50,534 bases of DNA. It comes from Candidatus Heimdallarchaeota archaeon (GTDB lineage Archaea > Asgardarchaeota > Heimdallarchaeia > Heimdallarchaeales > Heimdallarchaeaceae). The stretch spans positions 1 through 50,534 of the forward strand of contig JAEOSZ010000009.1 of the NCBI GenBank assembly GCA_016840095.1, given 5' to 3'. Each line of letters starts with the position of its first letter. Within the stretch, counting starts at the first letter, position 1. Of the stretch, positions 46,475 to 50,534 are shown piece by piece. The position numbers and the translations under genes are program-made. The notes beneath the pieces were generated by a model. The model ran no database searches. It worked only from the letters and a program-made list of their open reading frames with translations, and was not told the origin of the DNA.

Positions 46475-47034
46475 ACTAGATTAAATTCATCTCTTATTAT
46501 TTTTGCAACTATATCTGCTTCTAATTTTGTGTTATCTATTTTGATGTAGTTTTCTTTGTAGTAAAAGTCATTATTGGTATTCATCACATGTTTTTCTTCT
46601 ATTTGCAATAATCTTTTTTCTGAAAGTAACAGATCTTGTTTTGAAGGTTTTTCAGAGATTCGTTCCAATGTTTTGTTTCTTCTTAATCTCTCCTCTAGAT
46701 CACAAAAGATTTCAACAAAGTAAATCTCTCTCCCCTGTTCTCTAAAAATATCACAGAATTTCTCAACATATGGTTTGTCTTGATCCTGTTTGAAATCCCA
46801 AACATAAGTGAATATTAAGCCAGGTAGATCACTTCCTGCAACCTCTTCCATAATCTTCTTGCGGAAGAACTCATTTAAATTACTAAAACCTGTTGACCCA
46901 TGTTCAAAAAATTGTAGGGCAAGTTCAATAGAGATGTGATTGTGAAGAAGCTTGAAATCAGTTATCTCTGCAAGCTTCTTTCCAATAGTCATTTTTCCAG
47001 ATGCTGGGGGACCGAAAATAATTATTAAACTCAC
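46471..47034 (-). CDS. P-loop kinase-like protein (AAA_33/shikimate kinase-like)
   Basis: IIFGPPASGKMT, HNH, LIFTYVW and ERLRRN motifs. Confidence 0.8.
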   Translation of the reverse strand: MSLIIIFGPPASGKMTIGKKLAEITDFKLLHNHISIELALQFFEHGSTGFSNLNEFFRKKIMEEVAGSDLPGLIFTYVWDFKQDQDKPYVEKFCDIFREQGREIYFVEIFCDLEERLRRNKTLERISEKPSKQDLLLSEKRLLQIEEKHVMNTNNDFYYKENYIKIDNTKLEADIVAKIIRDEFNLV

Positions 47035-47132
47035 AAAATTAGTTTTTCTAGGCTTGTTAAATACCTTTTGTATAAAATCTACTAGCTACAACTTTCGGTA
47101 GATTTAAGTAAGAACTGAGTTGTGTTAAAGTA

Positions 47133-47693
47133 GTGATGACAGTGCTATTTGATTATCTCTTCAAGACTATAATTGTTGGTAATCCAGGTGTTGGAAAAAC
47201 ATCTATTACACTTAGATTCGCAACTGGAACCTTTAGAGAAAGATATCTACCAACAATAGGTGTAGAATTTTCTGTCAAGGACATCGAAGTCCAAGGAAAA
47301 CAAGTAAAACTACAAACATGGGATACAGGAAGTCATGATAGATTTTCATATGTCAGACCTCTCTACTACAAAGGAAGCTATGGTGTGCTTGTTGTCTATG
47401 ATATTGCTAGCAGAGAATCTTTTGATAATCTCGATAAATGGTATGAGGAAGTATATTCAAATTGTGAAGAAATTATTCCTGCAATTTTGATCGGTAACAA
47501 AGCAGACATAGAGGAAGAACGTCAAGTTAGCAAAGAAGAAGCCTTAGCATATGCAGAGAAAAAGAGAGCACACTATGAATTGCATGAACTCCCATACTAT
47601 GAAGTATCTGCAAAATCTGGTCAGAATATTGATGAGATTTACTATCATCTAACAGATATGATGATAGAGAAGTCAATAGAAAACGAAGGGTAA
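47133..47693 (+). CDS. Rab-like small GTPase
   Basis: FDYLFK, G1 GNPGVGKT, G2 PTIGVEF, G3 WDTGSH, G4 NKAD and G5 SAK. RabF-like motifs present. No C-terminal Cys. Confidence 0.93.
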   Translation: MMTVLFDYLFKTIIVGNPGVGKTSITLRFATGTFRERYLPTIGVEFSVKDIEVQGKQVKLQTWDTGSHDRFSYVRPLYYKGSYGVLVVYDIASRESFDNLDKWYEEVYSNCEEIIPAILIGNKADIEEERQVSKEEALAYAEKKRAHYELHELPYYEVSAKSGQNIDEIYYHLTDMMIEKSIENEG

Positions 47694-47889
47694 ATGAGAA
47701 CCTTATCTATGATTTTTTTTGATGTTTTTACAAGTATACTATTGTTATTTTTTCATATAACAAAAGAGTGTTTATATAAATGTCAAAGTATCAGTTGTTT
47801 TAGGTTATTTACTGGAAGGATACATATCATAAACTTTAATTTACCCGTATTGGCCGTCCAGCATAGAAAGGAAAATATATGATTCAAAG

Positions 47890-48453
47890 GTGAAGATTTT
47901 GGCTGAAATCACTGATGTAAGAATTAATGGTAGAGGTGGACAAGGAGCGGTTACAGCTTCCAGATTACTAGCTGAAGCTGCTATTCAAGAGGGGCAATAT
48001 GTACATGCTTTTCCAAATTTTGGTCCAGAAAGAGCAGGTGCTCCTGTAACTTCATATGCTCGAATATCTCCTGAGCCATTTTATGAAAAAACTGAGGTTT
48101 ATGAACCTCATATTGTAGTTGTTATTGATCCAACGCTACTTGATGATGTCCCAGTTTCAGAAGGACTAAGAGATGGTGGAATTATTGTTGTTAATTATGA
48201 TGGAGAAAAAGATTCACTGATTAAATATTTTGAAGGGGTTCATGCCAATATCTACAAGGTTGCAGGATCAAAAATAGCTCAGGAAGAAATAGGAAGAAAT
48301 GTTCCTAATTTAGTAATGTTAGGGGCACTGATTAAGGTTACAAAAATAGTTGAAATCGAGAGTCTAAATAAAGTGACTCTAAATAGATTTAGAGGAGTCT
48401 TAGGTGAGAAAAATGTTGCTGCAATTACTAGAGCTTTTGAAGAGGTGGAATGA
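47890..48453 (+). CDS. porG: Pyruvate/2-oxoacid:ferredoxin oxidoreductase gamma subunit
   Basis: GRGGQGAVTA, FGPERAGAPV and NLVMLGA motifs. The real start may be TTG 47899, after the GGTGA SD. Confidence 0.93.
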   Translation: MKILAEITDVRINGRGGQGAVTASRLLAEAAIQEGQYVHAFPNFGPERAGAPVTSYARISPEPFYEKTEVYEPHIVVVIDPTLLDDVPVSEGLRDGGIIVVNYDGEKDSLIKYFEGVHANIYKVAGSKIAQEEIGRNVPNLVMLGALIKVTKIVEIESLNKVTLNRFRGVLGEKNVAAITRAFEEVE

Positions 48454-48770
48454 TGACTAAAGAAGCACCAGATGAATTTTTAAGATGGACAAAGGAAAAG
48501 TGGGGAACATCTCAACTCCCAATTGGGGGAACAGTGCCTTATCATACAGCTTATGGATACAAAACTGGAGATTGGTCCGCATTCAAAGCTATAATTGATA
48601 AGGACAAGTGTATCAGCTGTATGAACTGTTACTATTACTGCCCTGATGCAGCAATCATCATGGATGATGATATGAAAGCTGTGTGCGACATGGCATTCTG
48701 CAAAGGATGCGGAATTTGTAGCAAACATTGCCCATCTGATGCAATAGAAATGAGGAGGGTAACAAGATGA
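48450..48770 (+). CDS. porD: Pyruvate/2-oxoacid:ferredoxin oxidoreductase delta subunit
   Basis: KTGDW, CISCMNC...CP and CKGCGIC...CP (two [4Fe-4S] clusters). Confidence 0.93.
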   Translation: MMTKEAPDEFLRWTKEKWGTSQLPIGGTVPYHTAYGYKTGDWSAFKAIIDKDKCISCMNCYYYCPDAAIIMDDDMKAVCDMAFCKGCGICSKHCPSDAIEMRRVTR

Positions 48771-49954
48771 GTGGTGTGAGACAAGTAGTAGGAATGACAG
48801 GGGATGAAGCTGTAGCTCATGCAGCTAAACTAGTCAATCCGGATGTTGTGGCAGCGTACCCCATAACTCCCCAGACTATCATCGTTGAAAGATACAGCGA
48901 TTTTGTTAATAACGGAGAAGTAGATACAAGTTTCATACCTGTAGAATCAGAACATAGTGCAATGTCAGCATGTGTTGGAGCTTCTTTAACTGGTGCAAGA
49001 GTGTTTACAGCAAGTGCTTCAGCAGGATTAGCTTTGATGTATGAAATTTTGTATGTTGCTTCTGGAATGAGATGTCCAATAGTTCTTGCCGTTGCAAATA
49101 GAGCTTTTTCAGCTCCAATTAACATACACGGAGAATGTACTGATCAACTTGTTTGTAGAGATGCTTCATGGGTTTCCTTATTTGGTGAATCAGCTCAAGA
49201 AGCATACGATGAAACAATACTTTCTTTCAAAATTGCTGAGCATCCAGATGTAATGTTGCCAGCAATGTTTGGAATTGAAGGATTTATTGTTACACATGCA
49301 CTCGAAAGAGTTGAAACATTAAGTAAACAACAAGTGGAAGACTTTATTCCAGCAACAAGAATTGCAAGAGATCGATTTTGCCCGGATGAAAGCAAAACCT
49401 TTGGTTCATTAGTACTCCAAGATTATTATATGGAAATCAAAAGACAACAAGAAGAAGCAATGCAGAATGCTTACAAAGTCACAAAGGATGCAATGCAAGA
49501 ATTCACAGAACTTTCAGGAAGAAAAATGGAAATTATAGAAAAATATCAACTTGAAGATGCTGATCACGCTATAGTTGCTTATGGAGCTACAGCTGGAAAT
49601 GCAAAAGCTGTAGTAGATCGATTACGGGCAAAAGGAGAAAAAGTTGGTGCTTTGAAGATTAGATTGTTTAGACCATTTCCAACAATAGATATTGTTCAAG
49701 CACTAAGTGGAATAAAAACTGCAACTATCTTAGATCGTTCAGCAACTTTTGGTTCTCCAGGAACAATAGTTCAAACAGATATAGCTTCAGCATTATATGG
49801 AAGAGAAAATGTTCCATCACTTCATGGTTATATTAATGGTCTTGGTGGAAGAGTTTTGACACTACCTGAAATTGAAGAAATTTACCAAAAATCAAAAGAT
49901 TACAATGATGTAGGAATGAACTCAACTACAGATTGGGTAGGATATAGGAGCTGA
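48767..49954 (+). CDS. porA: Pyruvate/2-oxoacid:ferredoxin oxidoreductase alpha subunit
   Basis: AAYPITPQT, VESEHSA, NRA, RLFRPFP and GLGGR motifs. Confidence 0.95.
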   Translation: MSGVRQVVGMTGDEAVAHAAKLVNPDVVAAYPITPQTIIVERYSDFVNNGEVDTSFIPVESEHSAMSACVGASLTGARVFTASASAGLALMYEILYVASGMRCPIVLAVANRAFSAPINIHGECTDQLVCRDASWVSLFGESAQEAYDETILSFKIAEHPDVMLPAMFGIEGFIVTHALERVETLSKQQVEDFIPATRIARDRFCPDESKTFGSLVLQDYYMEIKRQQEEAMQNAYKVTKDAMQEFTELSGRKMEIIEKYQLEDADHAIVAYGATAGNAKAVVDRLRAKGEKVGALKIRLFRPFPTIDIVQALSGIKTATILDRSATFGSPGTIVQTDIASALYGRENVPSLHGYINGLGGRVLTLPEIEEIYQKSKDYNDVGMNSTTDWVGYRS

Positions 49955-49960
49955 TAGAAG

Positions 49961-50534
49961 ATGACAATAGAACTACCTAAAGTTTCAGTAAAAGATCTAC
50001 AAGAGTGGTCAAAATTAGGTGAAGTTTTTACATCAGGTCATAGATTATGTGCTGGATGTGGAGCAGGTTCAATGGCACGACAAGTTACATTAGCTGTAAA
50101 AGCGATGGGTGATCCCTACATGTTCGTTAATGCAACAGGTTGTTTAGAAGTGGCTTCAACTATCTATCCTTATACAGCATGGGATGCTCCTTGGTTGCAT
50201 AACGCATTTGAAAATGCTGCAGCAACTGCATCTGGAGCAATAGAAGCCATGAAATCTATGCAAAAGAAAGGTTTAATGCGAGAAAGAAATGTCAACATGA
50301 TTGTATTTGGAGGAGACGGAGGTACATATGATATTGGTTTACAGAGTCTTTCTGGAGCAATTGAAAGAGGGCATGATTTCTTATATGTATGTTATAACAA
50401 TGGAGCTTACATGAACTGTCTAAGCCTAGACACTCATGTATTGACTAAAGAAGGACTAAAACGTATTACTGATCTCAAACTTGGTGAATTAGTTTATGCA
50501 ATGGATCAAGAAACAGGTGATTTAGTTCTCAAAG
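49961..50534 (+). CDS. porB: Pyruvate/2-oxoacid:ferredoxin oxidoreductase beta subunit, intein-containing, 3'-truncated by the window edge
   Basis: Own translation from ATG 49961 gives [23 protein letters not shown] and the TPP motif [10 protein letters not shown]...YNNGAYMN. Absent from the ORF track because there is no stop codon in the window. Confidence 0.93.
   Translation, partial: MTIELPKVSVKDLQEWSKLGEVFTSGHRLCAGCGAGSMARQVTLAVKAMGDPYMFVNATGCLEVASTIYPYTAWDAPWLHNAFENAAATASGAIEAMKSMQKKGLMRERNVNMIVFGGDGGTYDIGLQSLSGAIERGHDFLYVCYNNGAYMNCLSLDTHVLTKEGLKRITDLKLGELVYAMDQETGDLVLK
50417..50534 (+). mobile_element. Intein N-terminal splicing region within porB
   Basis: After YMN the sequence reads [30 protein letters not shown] instead of the expected TG. 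This is a typical Hint block A/N2 pattern (CL..DT.V....G...I.DL..G..V). Confidence 0.88.

Noticed and set aside
47694-47882. 62-aa ORF between the Rab-like gene and porG
   Set aside because: Low-complexity AT-rich sequence with TTTATATA, more likely the Rab terminator and por promoter region.
981-49395. Numerous 60-120 aa ORFs nested in or antisense to the called genes
   Set aside because: They have no recognisable motifs and overlap well-supported CDSs.
1-50534. CRISPR arrays, rRNA/tRNA genes, IS elements, integrases
   Set aside because: No regularly spaced repeats, extended GC-rich structural RNA segments or transposase/integrase motifs were seen by eye. A covariance-model scan would be needed to exclude small RNAs.

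Overview
AT-rich, gene-dense archaeal core-genome window of about 46 CDSs. It most likely comes from an Asgard archaeon (possibly Heimdallarchaeia). This is inferred from archaeal markers (S17e, CarS, MCM/GINS/Hel308, NurA-HerA, SmAP, four-subunit PFOR) occurring together with eukaryotic-signature proteins (a Vps22/Vps36-like ESCRT-II protein and a Rab-like GTPase). I saw no rRNA, tRNA, CRISPR array or transposase. Contents include lipid/inositol genes (prenyl synthase, tandem ino1 paralogs, class II HMG-CoA reductase, carS), a minus-strand replication/repair run (mcm-hel308-gins23-pyrG-nurA-herA-lsm), RNA/ribosome-biogenesis genes (beta-CASP nuclease, DRG, Rio2, DUF460), transporters, hydrolases and a porGDAB operon. 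The main signals not shown by the ORF track are: (1) a candidate programmed -1 frameshift (A_AAA_AAA plus downstream hairpin) fusing a MoxR AAA+ ATPase to its VWA partner; (2) an intein starting in porB at the right edge; (3) a P-loop-dead KaiC/RecA-fold protein resembling Elongator Elp4; (4) an orphan ESCRT-II gene; (5) a PIN-nuclease/helical-repeat protein paired with a KaiC-like ATPase; (6) a degenerate ino1 paralog. All calls come from motif recognition by eye, with no database searches.
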